From Eledone cirrhosa (taxonomy: Eukaryota), in contig OZ024742.1 in assembly GCA_964016885.1 (NCBI GenBank), positions 6,200,001-6,264,000 of the forward strand: 64,000 nt of DNA, written 5' to 3'. A program made the position numbers and the translations under genes. Of the stretch, positions 12,295-24,104 are shown piece after piece. Under the pieces are notes generated by a model, which had not been told where the DNA came from, ran no database searches, and saw only the letters and a program-made list of their open reading frames with translations. Numbering within the stretch: position 1 is the first letter of the stretch; each line of letters opens with the position of its first letter.

Positions 12295-12488
12295 TCCTTT
12301 GTCAGTGTTGAACAAACGAGCAACGATGGTTGCTTGACACTACGGCTTAATACGGGATGTTTGTTTACAAACACACCGAGCATTATAATAAATGTTCGGT
12401 GAATCCATACGTACATATATATATATGTGTGCATGTATATATATATACATACTACTGTACGTCTGTATACATATATGTATATATATAT

Positions 12489-12992
12489 AGTAAAAAAGAA
12501 AATTTCGCTCTACATGGCGTTCTTGCTCTTATGTTGGCATGCGAACAGAACTGCAGACACTAATGTTTCTGGGTATCAACCTTCATCAGTACAGCCCACT
12601 GTTCACCTGCCAAACTGTCAGACCTAGTGAAAATACATGCTATTTTCAAAGATACACAGTGACTGATCGGCCTGATTTGCATATTAGCAGACTGACTGAT
12701 CAGTCAGATCTGCATATTAGCAGATCCACTGAACAGCCAGATTTGCATATCAGCAGACTGGCCAGTCAGTTTCCTGTATACGACCGATAAATGGCCGGCT
12801 TTGCGAAATTCAAGTAAAAAAGAACATTTCGCTCTACATGGCTGAATACAATAAATGTAATCTGAGTTTTTCGAATATTAATAACATTCGATTCGTTTGC
12901 AATTATGCAAACGAGCCTAAACTTTATAGCCATGTCGGTATAATGATCACTTCATTCTTGATCTTTTTAGTTGGCATGCGAACAGTTCTGTT

Positions 12993-12995
<3 letters not shown>
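12489..12995. repeat. TA-bounded cassette with internal direct repeats (30-bp block at 12489 and 12813; three ~33-bp units at 12661-12765)
   Basis: AGTAAAAAAGAA.ATTTCGCTCTACATGGC twice; GTTGGCATGCGAACAG twice; GAT.TGCATAT.AGCAGA three times. Confidence 0.6.
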
Positions 12996-13032
<37 letters not shown>

Positions 13033-13041
<9 letters not shown>

Positions 13042-13255
13042 GACGTAAAATAAGAAAATTATAAAAATTAACTTACTAAAATTTCACTCCAACTAATTAG
13101 TTTCTGAAAGTGGAGTGACATTTTAGTAAGTAAGTTAATTTTTATAATTTTCTTATTTTACGTCTTTCATATAATTGTTCTGCATCCCCTTGCATTGAAC
13201 CACAAAGTTACTAAGACAAAACCTATATATTTGCTAGCATAGGTATGCATCTGTA
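13033..13255. mobile_element. Small (TA)n-bounded fold-back (arms 13033-13091 and 13111-13173)
   Basis: Arms are reverse complements; the loop holds a hammerhead 3' half on the minus strand (GAAA-CTAATTAG-TT). Confidence 0.8.
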
Positions 13256-13281
13256 TATATATGTTGGTAGATATACTAATT

Positions 13282-13341
<60 letters not shown>

Positions 13342-13344
<3 letters not shown>

Positions 13345-14402
13345 ACTGACCACCCTTCCCCAACTAACATACTAACATCCCTCCCTTCTTCGCCTCCTCC
13401 ACCCTCCTTATCACACGCACACACCCACCGGCACATATATACACGCGCTCACACTAAACACACACCCTACTACCACCACTAACCCTCACCCCCACACCTC
13501 TCACCCCCACACCTCCATCCCACCACCCCGCAACTAACCTCACTAACACCCCCTAACCCCAAGCACACGAACACACGCACCCACTTACACCACCCACCCC
13601 ACACGCAACTAACATCACTAACACCCCCCAACCCCACGCACACGTACCCACACACCCTCGTACACCACCAACTCTACACACCCCACCACCACTAACCCCC
13701 ACTCACACCTGCATTCAACCCCTCCCCACCTCCCGTATACTAACACCCACTAACACCCCTTCATCAAACTACACACACACCAGTACACCACACTCCCTCC
13801 ATAGAACCACACACACCCTTCTCTCCCCGCTCCACCCACACCCTCGCTCCACACTCACTCATCCCACTAACACCTCTACTAATACACACACACACACACA
13901 CCCTCCTCACTCCAACTTTCACACCTACCCATCCTCGCCCCTTTACCATTCCACCGACTGCTGCTATGCCCTCTGACCACATCCCAGCACAAACAGACAC
14001 ACAGCACTCCCACTGCTTGACCACTTCCTGTTGCGCGCGCACCCCACATCTCTCCTCTTCCGACCGTCGCTTCATGGAATACCCGCACGCAGAAATTGAC
14101 CAACACAAAATCCGCTATACACCTTTGGAATTTACCTACTTTTCAACCATCCTCTTACGTAATCACCTATATAACTCACCCACACACACACCCAAAAAAT
14201 GTTTTTCTTCACACGTCACCTACACCCACAACACGCTTAAACCCCACACACACGTGCTTTCCACCACATATTTACACCCCCAGCCTCCTGATTCCTCTCC
14301 CCCCCTCTATCCACACATGCACAGACACTCCGACCCCCCCCCCACACACACACACATCTCTTCCTGAACATGCAACCCCGTTCTTCCCCCAACCCTTACT
14401 TT

Positions 14403-14441
<39 letters not shown>

Positions 14442-14867
14442 ACACCTACACACACACCACCTTCAGCCCTCCCCGCTCGGACACCCCGTCTCCCTCTCCC
14501 CACTCCACCCGCCACCACCCCTACACACCCACACCCTTCCACCACCTGTTTTACCCCCCTTTTAATTTCAGTTTATTTTGATCATGCTTTTATATTTAAA
14601 TTTATTTCATTTCTTGTATTTTGATCATGCTTTATTTTTATTTTTATCTTTATTTTTTTATTTTTTCATTCGCACCGTTTCCTTTCGCTATATGTCTCTC
14701 CACCACTCCCCTTCACACCCTTTGAACTCTGTTCCCACACACTTCTCACCTGAGGAAGGGCTTATGCCCGAAACGTCGTCCCCCACCAACACCCCACTCT
14801 CCAGAGCGTGAAATTAATAAACATTCGTTGTACTGCCTCTCTGTTTTGTCCCTGTTCAAATTTTTCC

Positions 14868-14870
<3 letters not shown>
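13342..14870 (+). mobile_element. (TA)n-bounded C/A-rich pLTR-like element with a hammerhead core at 14750-14780
   Basis: CTGAGGA-AGGGC-TTAT-GCCC-GAAA-CGTCG-TC, then AATAAA at ~14816; 3' part homologous to 2742-3016; stem I not clearly adjacent. Confidence 0.72.
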
Positions 14871-14904
<34 letters not shown>

Positions 14905-14968
14905 ATACGTATATATACGAAAAATACTTATATATATGTTAAATCCGGTGCTAAGCAGCAAGTCAACA

Positions 14969-15000
14969 GATAGCTCAGTTGGTAGAGCAGGGGATTGTAG
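14969..15000 (+). pseudogene. tRNA-Tyr-like 5' half fragment
   Basis: GATAGCTCAGTTGGTAGAGCAGGGGATTGTAG resembles the D-arm and anticodon arm of eukaryotic tRNA-Tyr(GTA); no T-arm follows. Confidence 0.55.
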
Positions 15001-15030
15001 TTTGTTACAGGAGGTTGTTACTCAGTTAGT

Positions 15031-15395
15031 TAGTACCCCCCCCCCCAATCTCATCTGTGTCGTCTTCTTTTTTCTCTCACCATCATCTGAGGGAATATGA
15101 GCAGTACACATTTGTGGCAGAGTAAAATGACAGGCCCTCATTTCTCATGGAGTCTTGAAATAAGTGGTGTGTGTCTGTGAGATTGTATAAAGTCCCTGAT
15201 TTATGGTCATCAATATGATTTTTGTATCTAGTTTGCCATGTTTAGACCGGGTGTCTTGCAGTTAGATGTCCTTCTTGGTACCAACACTTTTAAACATCTC
15301 TTACAGCATGCAGTGTTATGATGCACCTTTTAAAAATGACAGCTCATCTTCCTAAGTAATGGTTTACATTTTAGGCAATGGTTCACCTTTCTAAA
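15031..15395. repeat. Inverted copy of 4760-5125
   Basis: Near-identical reverse complement over ~360 bp. Confidence 0.9.
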
Positions 15396-15565
15396 CAATA
15401 GAACATCCGTGTAAGCAATATCACGAGGATGCACCTTTCTGATGGGAGAAGAACTCTAGATGAGTTCCTGATAACAGGCACGAAGGTGGCCTTTTATTAT
15501 GACGTCAGTGGATGATCTGCGAGAACACTTTATATAATATATATTATAATATATATATATAATAT

Positions 15566-15598
<33 letters not shown>

Positions 15599-15602
15599 AT
15601 TT

Positions 15603-15635
<33 letters not shown>

Positions 15636-15760
15636 TATGCAAAAGTTTTACTTATATATATATATAATAATAATAATTGTTTCTACTTTAGGCACAAGGC
15701 CAGCAATTACCCAGTGCATTACTATATATTATATATAATAATAATTCTTATATATACGAA

Positions 15761-15877
15761 TACAGTATTCCGATGATTTGATCAGAGTCACTGTATTTAA
15801 GGTCGAGTGACGCAACTCCGAGTGATTAGTGGCCTTTAGAGACTCACCTGATCAATGAAACAATTGTTAATACTGTA
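15761..15877 (+). ncRNA. Type I hammerhead ribozyme (CCGAUGA core) at the start of TA-bounded cassette 15757-16092
   Basis: 9-bp stem I TACAGTATT/AATACTGTA; stem II TTGATCAG/CTGATCAA; GAAA-CAATTG-TT; AATAAA follows directly. Confidence 0.85.
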
Positions 15878-16109
15878 AATAAAACCCTTTTTGTACAGCC
15901 GACCATGTTATTCTTCAATCTTTCATTATTATTACTCCAAGAATGACCTGCATGGGAATTCTCGCAAACTCCCTACCTAACTAAGGAAACTTCTTGTTGA
16001 GTCAAACAACGCTGTACGTTAAAACTATCCATAGTACAGAGTACTCACAACCTATAACTAGATTACCTTAAACGATAACTTGTTATCCCATGTATATATA
16101 TATATATAC

Positions 16110-16869
16110 ACAGAATTATACACAGTTAGTTATGGGGTCAAGTCTGCATGAAGAACTCAATGTAATCCATATGTTGTATCCCTTTCTCCTAAAATCTTTT
16201 AACCTTTTAATTTTTTAGCTTCCATAAAGTCATGTGTTACTGACTATTTTATTACATTATATTATATTAATATATTATTGTATTTAATTACCTTATTATA
16301 ATTTTAATATTTTAATATAATATCCTTCCTAATTATGGCCATTAACTTACCTATCTATATTTATTCTAGTTATTTCCGTATATCTCATATCTCTTTATTT
16401 ATATTCACCTAAAAATTCCATTCAACACAACTCAACATACACATTTTTTTTAAATTTCACTACACCAACTGCAATCCACTATTAATACAATCCCCTTTCT
16501 CTATAAGTAATTCTATTTTTAACACCTTTCAACCATTCCTTTAAAAATATTGAAACCTTAGCTAGAGTCGGTTTTATTTCGTCTTAGCATCATTTGGCAA
16601 AATACCATTTGATTGGTTTATTCTTCGGCAGCCTCCAAAATAGGTCACTAAACCCAATTTACTACTGATATTAAATAAAATTCTCATTGCTTTTGACAAC
16701 AGCTGATGATATACAAGTAGGGAAATATTCTCCTTATCTGATATTTTGTAACTAACCTTACATAGATCGATAACGAAATATGCGTACGATGTATTATTAT
16801 CACCTAGAAACGATCGTAAAGCAGTGAAGTATTTTCCTAATGACTTGAATTTTTATTTCATTGTTTAAA

Positions 16870-16872
<3 letters not shown>
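16110..16872 (+). mobile_element. TA-bounded pLTR-like cassette distantly related to the 27-34 kb element; hammerhead-like motif at 16684-16827
   Basis: CTGATGA at 16703 and CCTAGAAACGATCGTA at 16803 (CCTAGAAACGATCGT shared with 33991); ATGAAGAACTCAATGTAATCC shared with 27431. Confidence 0.65.
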
Positions 16873-16920
<48 letters not shown>

Positions 16921-16964
16921 ATATTCAGGACTCCGACTCCTAATCACCGGCCGTTTCGACAGCT

Positions 16965-17046
<82 letters not shown>

Positions 17047-17081
17047 ATAGATATATAGCAGAATAGTAAGACACATAGATC

Positions 17082-18861
17082 TGTTTCTTTTATTTACCAC
17101 TAGGGCATCAAAAGTGGGACAAGTACAAAGGGGGGAGTTTACACAAAAAGGCGTCCTCAATAAGGAGGAGGCAATAACAAAATATAAAAATAAAATAAGA
17201 TATAACAAAAAATAAAATTTATAACAAAATCCTCAATAGAGAGGAGGCGCCTTGGGGGGTCGCACACACCCCCGAAAAAAGTGTGCAACCCTTCTCCTCA
17301 GGAGCACAGAGAAGGGGTGCTCCCTTGGTCTTTCATCTTCCTCACCTATAGTCTGATGTAGAGTGAAGGCCCATTCACACGGGCCATTCTCGCCACTTTC
17401 ACCCATCTTTCATAGAAACGGCTGGGGTGCAGCACCTCTCTCTCCATCCTGATCCTTCTTCCGAAATGATATCGGAAGAAACGGACCAGTTGTTGGCCAG
17501 AGAGAAAGGTGCCTGACCTCAGTCCTTTCAGACGCGTCCACCGTACAACCTCTTTCGCCATGGCTATTACGCACAGAAACACCGCCTCTGCCTCATCTTT
17601 GAAGGGGGGAGGCGGCTTGATCATTACAATAGACTCGGTGGTCAACCGGATCGGTCCCACCCTTGACAGCAGTTGTTCGACATAGCCCCACAGATCGGCT
17701 ACGCCCGAGCAGTGTACCAATGCGTGTGCAACGGTTTCCTCGTCGCACACGCATCTGGGACAGATCTTTTTGGCGGGGTCCCTACCCGGGCGCCCGTGTC
17801 TGTAGAGCCTTTCTCGAACGGGTAAAGCCCCTCGGTAGCACTGCCAGGCCAGGGACTTCTGGAAGTTGTCCATAGGTCCCGGGCTGAATGTCCTACCGAA
17901 CAGGCTGGCCAGTTCGTCCTCCTCCATGTCTAGGGCTTCTCCGAGGGCGTCGTCGCACCTGCTGCGTACCAGCCCTCTATAGAATGTTGCGGTGGAGTCT
18001 CCACTGATAACCGGATCCGCCTGCCAGAGGGCGGTGAGCGCCTGGGCACACTCAGTGTGCCAGGCGCCCAGTTTTCTCGGTCTTTGCTTGACCCAGGATT
18101 GCAGCTCGGTGAGTGAGACGAGTCTGGGAAAGGTTCGTTTCACAAACGAGGCCCACACCGGTTGTCCGGTGAGGAATACGTAGAGGTGCCGTAGCCTTAA
18201 TGCGTGTTTACGCATCATTAGCCACGGCATCCCCAGCCCTCCTTTCGAAGGGTGTTGACAGCAGATGGATCTCCTCACCATAGGAGCCCGCCTCTTCCAA
18301 AGGAATTGGAAGAGCGCGCGCTCCATCTTGGTGAGGGTTTCCCTTGGGCAGGGCACTACGGTCAGGCTGTAGTAGATGACGGACGCTATGTAGGTGTTCG
18401 CCACCTCCGCCCGACCTTTCAGGGATAGTTTGCAACTGGCCCACTTCTGGGTCAGTGCAAACACCCTGTTCGTAACCTCCGCCCAGTTTTTCTCCACCTG
18501 GAGGTCCGGTCCGAACCAGACCCCGAGCAACTTCACCGGGCCCTCCGTCCAGCGTCCGACGACGCCATCGGAGGGCATCGGTCTGCCCCTCCACGTGCCG
18601 AGTTGCAAACCGATCGACTTGTCCCGGTTCAGCTTAGCTCCTGTGAACTTTTCGTACTCCTCCAGTAAGGTGCCGACCGCCTCGATTTCGGAGGCCGTCG
18701 ACACCATTACTGTCACGTCATCGGCGTAGGCCGACACCGCTTTCCGCAATCCCGGTTCCAAAGGGATGCCCTGCAACAACTCCAACTTCCGCAGTAGTGG
18801 CTCGAGAGTCAACACATACAGAAGGGAGGAGAGAGGGCACCCTTGTCGGATGGACCGCGCG
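17082..18861 (-). mobile_element. 5'-truncated Tx1/L1-clade LINE with a 17-bp target-site duplication
   Basis: AGTAAGACACATAGATC at 17065-17081 and 18862-18878; GC-rich body; 3' UTR ends AATAAAAGAAACA; inserted in GA/GATA-rich DNA. Confidence 0.92.
17346..18860 (-). CDS. LINE ORF2 C-terminal part (RT motifs, thumb, CCHC zinc finger); 5'-truncated, frame open
   Basis: SIRQGCPLSPLLYVLTLEPL, AYADD, KLLGVWF, LSLKGR, KGGLG, CPRC..EETVAHALVHC. Confidence 0.9.
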   Translation of the reverse strand, partial: ARSIRQGCPLSSLLYVLTLEPLLRKLELLQGIPLEPGLRKAVSAYADDVTVMVSTASEIEAVGTLLEEYEKFTGAKLNRDKSIGLQLGTWRGRPMPSDGVVGRWTEGPVKLLGVWFGPDLQVEKNWAEVTNRVFALTQKWASCKLSLKGRAEVANTYIASVIYYSLTVVPCPRETLTKMERALFQFLWKRRAPMVRRSICCQHPSKGGLGMPWLMMRKHALRLRHLYVFLTGQPVWASFVKRTFPRLVSLTELQSWVKQRPRKLGAWHTECAQALTALWQADPVISGDSTATFYRGLVRSRCDDALGEALDMEEDELASLFGRTFSPGPMDNFQKSLAWQCYRGALPVRERLYRHGRPGRDPAKKICPRCVCDEETVAHALVHCSGVADLWGYVEQLLSRVGPIRLTTESIVMIKPPPPFKDEAEAVFLCVIAMAKEVVRWTRLKGLRSGTFLSGQQLVRFFRYHFGRRIRMEREVLHPSRFYERWVKVARMARVNGPSLYIRL

Positions 18862-18878
18862 AGTAAGACACATAGATC

Positions 18879-18963
18879 GATAGATATATAGCTGGATAGT
18901 GAGACAGATAGTGAGACAGATAGATAGATATATAGATAAAGAGAGAGAAAGAGATAGATAGAT

Positions 18964-19044
<81 letters not shown>

Positions 19045-19045
19045 T
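18879..19045. repeat. (GATA)n/(GA)n microsatellite
   Basis: Direct reading. Confidence 0.9.
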
Positions 19046-19189
19046 AAACATATAGATAAATACATATATTGATTGATGTAAGTCATACTCTAAAAAGCGA
19101 AAGGCAACAATGAATTAAAGATGGCGGACTAGATTGATGCTCTGCAGAAGCTTCCGGTGAAACTAAAACTATTTACGAACGATAGATAG

Positions 19190-19745
19190 TGTGTGTGTTA
19201 TTGTATGGACGGTAACAGCAGAACATGTGTGTGTGTGAGAGAGCTTGTGTGTGTGTGTGTGAGAGAGTGCTTGTATCTGTGTGTGTGAGTATGAGTGTGT
19301 ATTTCTGTACGCGCACGCTCGATTTATATGTATGTATATATGTATAAATGAATATGTGCTTGTATGTATGTGAAATGTCTATGTTCTTTGTATGTGTGTG
19401 AGCTTGTGCGTGTGTGTGTATGTGTAGCTGTGTGTGTATAGCTGTGTGTGTGTGTAAGTGGGTGTGTGTGTGTAGGTGTGTATGTAGGTGTGTGTGTAGG
19501 TGTGTGTAGGTGTGTGTATGTGTGTTTGTGTGTGTGTATGTGTGTGTGTAGGTGTGTGTGTAGGTGTGTGTGTATGTGTGTAGGTGTGTGTGTAGACGTA
19601 TGTGTGTGTAGGTGTGTGTGTAGGTGTGTGTGTAGGTCTGTGTGTGTAGGTGTGTGTGTGTAAGTGTGTGTGTCTAGGTGTGTGTGTAGCTGTGTGTGTG
19701 TGTGCGTGTAGCTGGGTGTGTAGCTGTGTGTGTGTATGTAGTGAT
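19190..19745. repeat. (TG)n-rich degenerate repeat (GTGTGTGTAG units)
   Basis: Direct reading. Confidence 0.9.
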
Positions 19746-19849
19746 AGTGACTAGATGGTGATTTATTAGGTGTCATATTTCGGCGTTAATTGACATAATT
19801 CAATTGGTGAGATTTAGCACAACACTCCATGTTGATAGGTTGTTACATA

Positions 19850-20290
19850 TGATGGTGGTGGTGGTGGTGGTGGTGTTACATATAGTGGTGGTGTTGGTGG
19901 TGGTTGTGGTGGTGTGGTGTGGTGGTGGTGGTGGTGCTGTTACATATGGTGATGGTGGTGGTGGTGCTATATATGAGGGTGGTGTTACATAGGGTGTTAG
20001 TGGTGGTGGTGGTGGTGTTACATATGATAGTCAACCAGACAGACACAGATACTACTTAGAACAAACAACTCTTTAGATCATCAGCACCTACACTACCATC
20101 ATTACCAACAATATCATAATCACCAACATCACCTACAATACCACCACCACCAACACCATCATCATCACCAACACCATCAACACCATCATCACCATCACCA
20201 CTAGTGGAGTGGTGGTGGTGGCAGTGGTGGTGGTGGTGGTAGTAGTGGTGATGGTGATGTGGTGGTGATGATGATGGCGTTTGTGGTGGT
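19850..20290. repeat. (GGT)n / (CCA)n trinucleotide tracts in alternating orientation
   Basis: Direct reading. Confidence 0.85.
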
Positions 20291-20302
20291 TAGTATATAG
20301 CA

Positions 20303-20611
20303 TGTGACAGTTGGAAGAGAGAGGGAGCTGTAGTGGGATGTTACAGTTGGAAGAGAGAGAGGGCTGTACCGAGATGTGACAGCTGGAAGAAGAGAGGGGC
20401 TGTACCGCGATTTGACAGCTGGAAGGAGAGAGTGGGCTGTACAGAGATGTGACAGTTGGAAGGAGAGAGGGGGCTGTACCGGGATGTGACAGTTGGAAGG
20501 AGAGGGGGGCGCTGTACCGGGATGTGACAGTTGGGAGAAGAGAGGGGGCTGTACCGGGATGTGACAGCTGGAAGGAGAGAGTGGGCTGTACAGGGATGTG
20601 ACAGTTGGAAG
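20303..20611. repeat. ~30-bp minisatellite (GATGTGACAGTTGGAAGGAGAGGGGCTGTACCG plus variable purine run), ~9 copies
   Basis: TGTGACAG[TC]TGGAAG recurs every ~36-39 bp once the variable purine run is included. Confidence 0.85.
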
Positions 20612-21049
20612 AACGAAATGCAAAGTGAACCCGTAGTGTGATTTGAACTGAGAACGCAGAGACCCGGAACAAATATCTAATGCTGTAACTGCTCTAATAA
20701 AGTGACCCCTTCTTCTGCCCCATAATATTACTAAATTAAAGGCTTCGTCATTTGCTATACAGATTGTCATGTTCATAACCTATACTATGATCCTCTATGT
20801 GAACTGTTGAAGTGGCGTATCCATAGTATGTGTCAACCCTTTAGCTTACTTCCCTCCCCACAAACTCCTACACACTCAAATATATATATAATAGATCCTA
20901 AAGTGGTGCCTCCACAAAAGTGTCACCGGGGCGGACCGCCTCCTAAACGCCGCCCCCTACATATTCAAATATATAGCTGTCGGATCTAGCTGTCAAAACG
21001 GCCGGAGCTCAGCCGTCGGGGTCCTGACACTTTTCTTTATATATATAAA

Positions 21050-21316
21050 TATCAAGATAAATTAACGGAGCCATAGACTCTCGTTATTCCCTGTAAATTA
21101 AGTGCTCAAATGAAAAGGAATCCTGAGCTCTTTAAAATACAACATGTAGAAAGGGTAACACACCAGAGAGAGAGAGAGAGGGAGCGTGTGCCAACAATAA
21201 AACAGGGAAACCATCAGTGTATGGAATCTATAAGCTATGGAAGGCAGGTTTCCCTGTTTTATTGATGGCACACGCTCCCTCTCTTTCTAGTGTGTTACCC
21301 TTTCTACATATTGTAT
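21050..21316. mobile_element. TA-bounded fold-back (arms 21138-21212 and 21248-21315)
   Basis: Arms are reverse complements; the left arm has an ~90-bp extension; no full hammerhead seen. Confidence 0.75.
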
Positions 21317-21355
21317 TATATATATATATATATATATTGTTATACTTCGGGAGGG

Positions 21356-21451
<96 letters not shown>

Positions 21452-21465
21452 ATACTTTGGGAGGG

Positions 21466-21503
<38 letters not shown>

Positions 21504-21511
<8 letters not shown>

Positions 21512-22072
21512 ATACTTTGGGAGGGTCATGTTGCCAATAAGAAATACACGCACCAGTTGATTTCACTCCAATTTATTATAAATTAAATTTATAAATTTCC
21601 GGTTGGTTGGTTGGTGCCACAACCGGACGGTTGTTCATATATTGTCAAAGTTCTTTCGTCACACATTCTGTGACCTCTTCAGTAACTGGGGATTATTATC
21701 TTTGTTTTGTGCCTCTCCTTGTAAATTTAACAAATAAATAAACAATTAAAAACACACACCGACACCCGGATGTAACACATGCGCAAACTAAGCACACAAC
21801 ACACACAAAAACAAGATGGCGTAGGACAGAACAAAGGAGAGGCACAAAGCAAAGAAAAGAATCCCCAGTCACTGAAGAGGTCACATAATGTGTGACGAAA
21901 GAACTTTGACAATATATGAACCACCGTTCAGTTATGGAACCAATCTAATAAATTGAAGTGAAAGCAACTGGTGCGTGTGTTTCTTATTGGCAACATGACC
22001 CTCCCAAAGCATAACAATATCGGTTTCAACACACGTTTTCAGATAAAGAATCTTGCTAAACAAATTCAGAAA

Positions 22073-22075
<3 letters not shown>
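21504..22075. mobile_element. TA-bounded fold-back (arms 21504-21694 and 21860-22020), each arm with a hammerhead
   Basis: Arms are reverse complements but visibly diverged from each other. Confidence 0.85.
21868..21910 (+). ncRNA. Minimal type I hammerhead; mirror at 21644-21686 (-)
   Basis: GTCA-CTGAAGA-GGTCACA-TAATG-TGTGAC-GAAA-GAAC-TT-TGAC. Confidence 0.82.
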
Positions 22076-22355
<280 letters not shown>

Positions 22356-22601
22356 TCTTTATTCTCTCTCGTTCACGATTTCACCGAACTTATATTCATG
22401 GAAATTTTTGAACTTGACTTGCTCTTCCTCATTTTTCGTTGTTTAACTATATTTGTTTGTTTACACTCTCGCTGTTCCTTTTATTTACATGTCCCAACGA
22501 CTTTCTTTAGCCGTTGCTCGCACCAACCGGAGGTATATGGTCTTTAAAGCGAAGAAATACCGATGATGGTTGGAAGATCACTGATGCAGGACCACTTTAT
22601 T

Positions 22602-22664
<63 letters not shown>

Positions 22665-22669
<5 letters not shown>

Positions 22670-23203
22670 TATGTATACATACATACATATATGTATACAA
22701 ACGTACAATAATATGTATATATATATATACATACATGCACACATACATACATGTACGTATGGATTCACCGAACATTTATTATAATGCTCGGTGTCTTTGT
22801 AAACAAACATCCTGAATTAAGCCGTAGTGTCTAGCAACCATCATTGCTCATTTGTTCAACACTCGATATGCAAATTGGGCTGCTCAGCCGTTAATATGCA
22901 TAAGGAAAGTATATACTTTCAGACGTTCAATCATCTGGCAGGAAGGTATACGTTGCTGACGATAGCTAATGAGCTTGAAACTAGTACAACGTTCCTTTGT
23001 CAGTGTTGAACAAATGAGAAACGATGGTTGCTAGACACTGTACGGCTTAATTCGGGATGTTTGTTTACAAACACACCGAGCATTATAATAAATGTTCGTT
23101 GAATCCATACGTACATATATATATATATATGTGTGCATGTATGTATATATATATGTACCTACTACTGTACGTCTGTATACATATATGTATGTACATGTAC
23201 ATA

Positions 23204-23210
<7 letters not shown>
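22665..23210. mobile_element. Second locus of the 425-bp retrozyme-like family, arranged as a fold-back (arms ~22665-22862 and 23004-23210)
   Basis: Highly similar to 11163-12488; (TA)n on both sides. Confidence 0.85.
22950..22992 (+). ncRNA. Minimal type I hammerhead ribozyme
   Basis: ACGTTG-CTGACGA-TAGCT-AATG-AGCTT-GAAA-CTAG-TA-CAACGT; stem I fully Watson-Crick. Confidence 0.9.
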
Positions 23211-23264
<54 letters not shown>

Positions 23265-24104
23265 GCTCCTAAAGTGCCACACCTATAAAAGTGCCACTCG
23301 TGGCGGACCTCCTCCTCACCCCGCCTCTCTATACTCAAATACAATAGTCCTTAAAGTGCCGCACCTATAAAAGTGTTGCTATCCTCCCACTCCGCTCCCT
23401 GCAACGCCACCACAAGCCCCGCTACTGAACTGTTTGTTGTCCCTCATAATAATGGCGACCACATAATGCTTCACAGTCGGCCATGTTTACTTTAGCAATC
23501 GCCACTGTTACCATAGTAACAGTGGTTACTATGACAGCACATGCAATATATTGCTTCTTTGCCAACTCTCGTCTTCTGAATAATTTATGACTTGGTTAAA
23601 GAACTCAAGCGAACTTATATGTCGGATGACCGTCGCATACACACTGTGTGTCCTATTGTACTGTAGTTATCTATACGGTTGTGTGTGTGTGCGTTAACGT
23701 GTGTGTGTCCGCTTGTTTGTGTGCGTACGTGCAAGTGTATGTATCCATTTCTCTCTGCGTGTGTGTGTTTGTTTGTTTGTTTGTTTGTATCTCTGCGTGA
23801 GTGTGTGGATATGTGTTTGTTTCTGTGTGTGCGTGCACATGTGTGAATGTGTGTAAATGCATGTTTGCATGTGTGTGCGTGCATATGTGTGTTTGTCTGT
23901 GCTTGTGTGTTTGTTTGTGTGTGTGTGTGTATGTGTGTATGTGTGTGTATGTGTGTGGATATGTGTGTATGTGTGTGTATGTGTGTATATGTGCGTATAC
24001 GTGTGAAGGAGGAATGATGGAAGTGTCTCGTGATTATCGATTCCGTCTTTAGATTCTTGGAAATCCATTCCATGGGATGCATTTCACGTAACATAACCAC
24101 CCCG

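Larger units (their letters stand above)
11163..12488. mobile_element. Retrozyme-like array: ~425-bp non-coding monomer, one inverted partial copy (11163-11517) plus tandem copies
   Basis: Identical hammerheads at 11429-11471 (-), 11827-11869 (+) and 12252-12294 (+), spacing 425 bp; (TA)n at both ends. Confidence 0.85.

Noticed and set aside
14938-15020. Functional or permuted tRNA-Tyr gene
   Set aside because: Only the 5' half is recognisable; the upstream T-arm-like GTTAAATCCGG is too degenerate to form a cloverleaf
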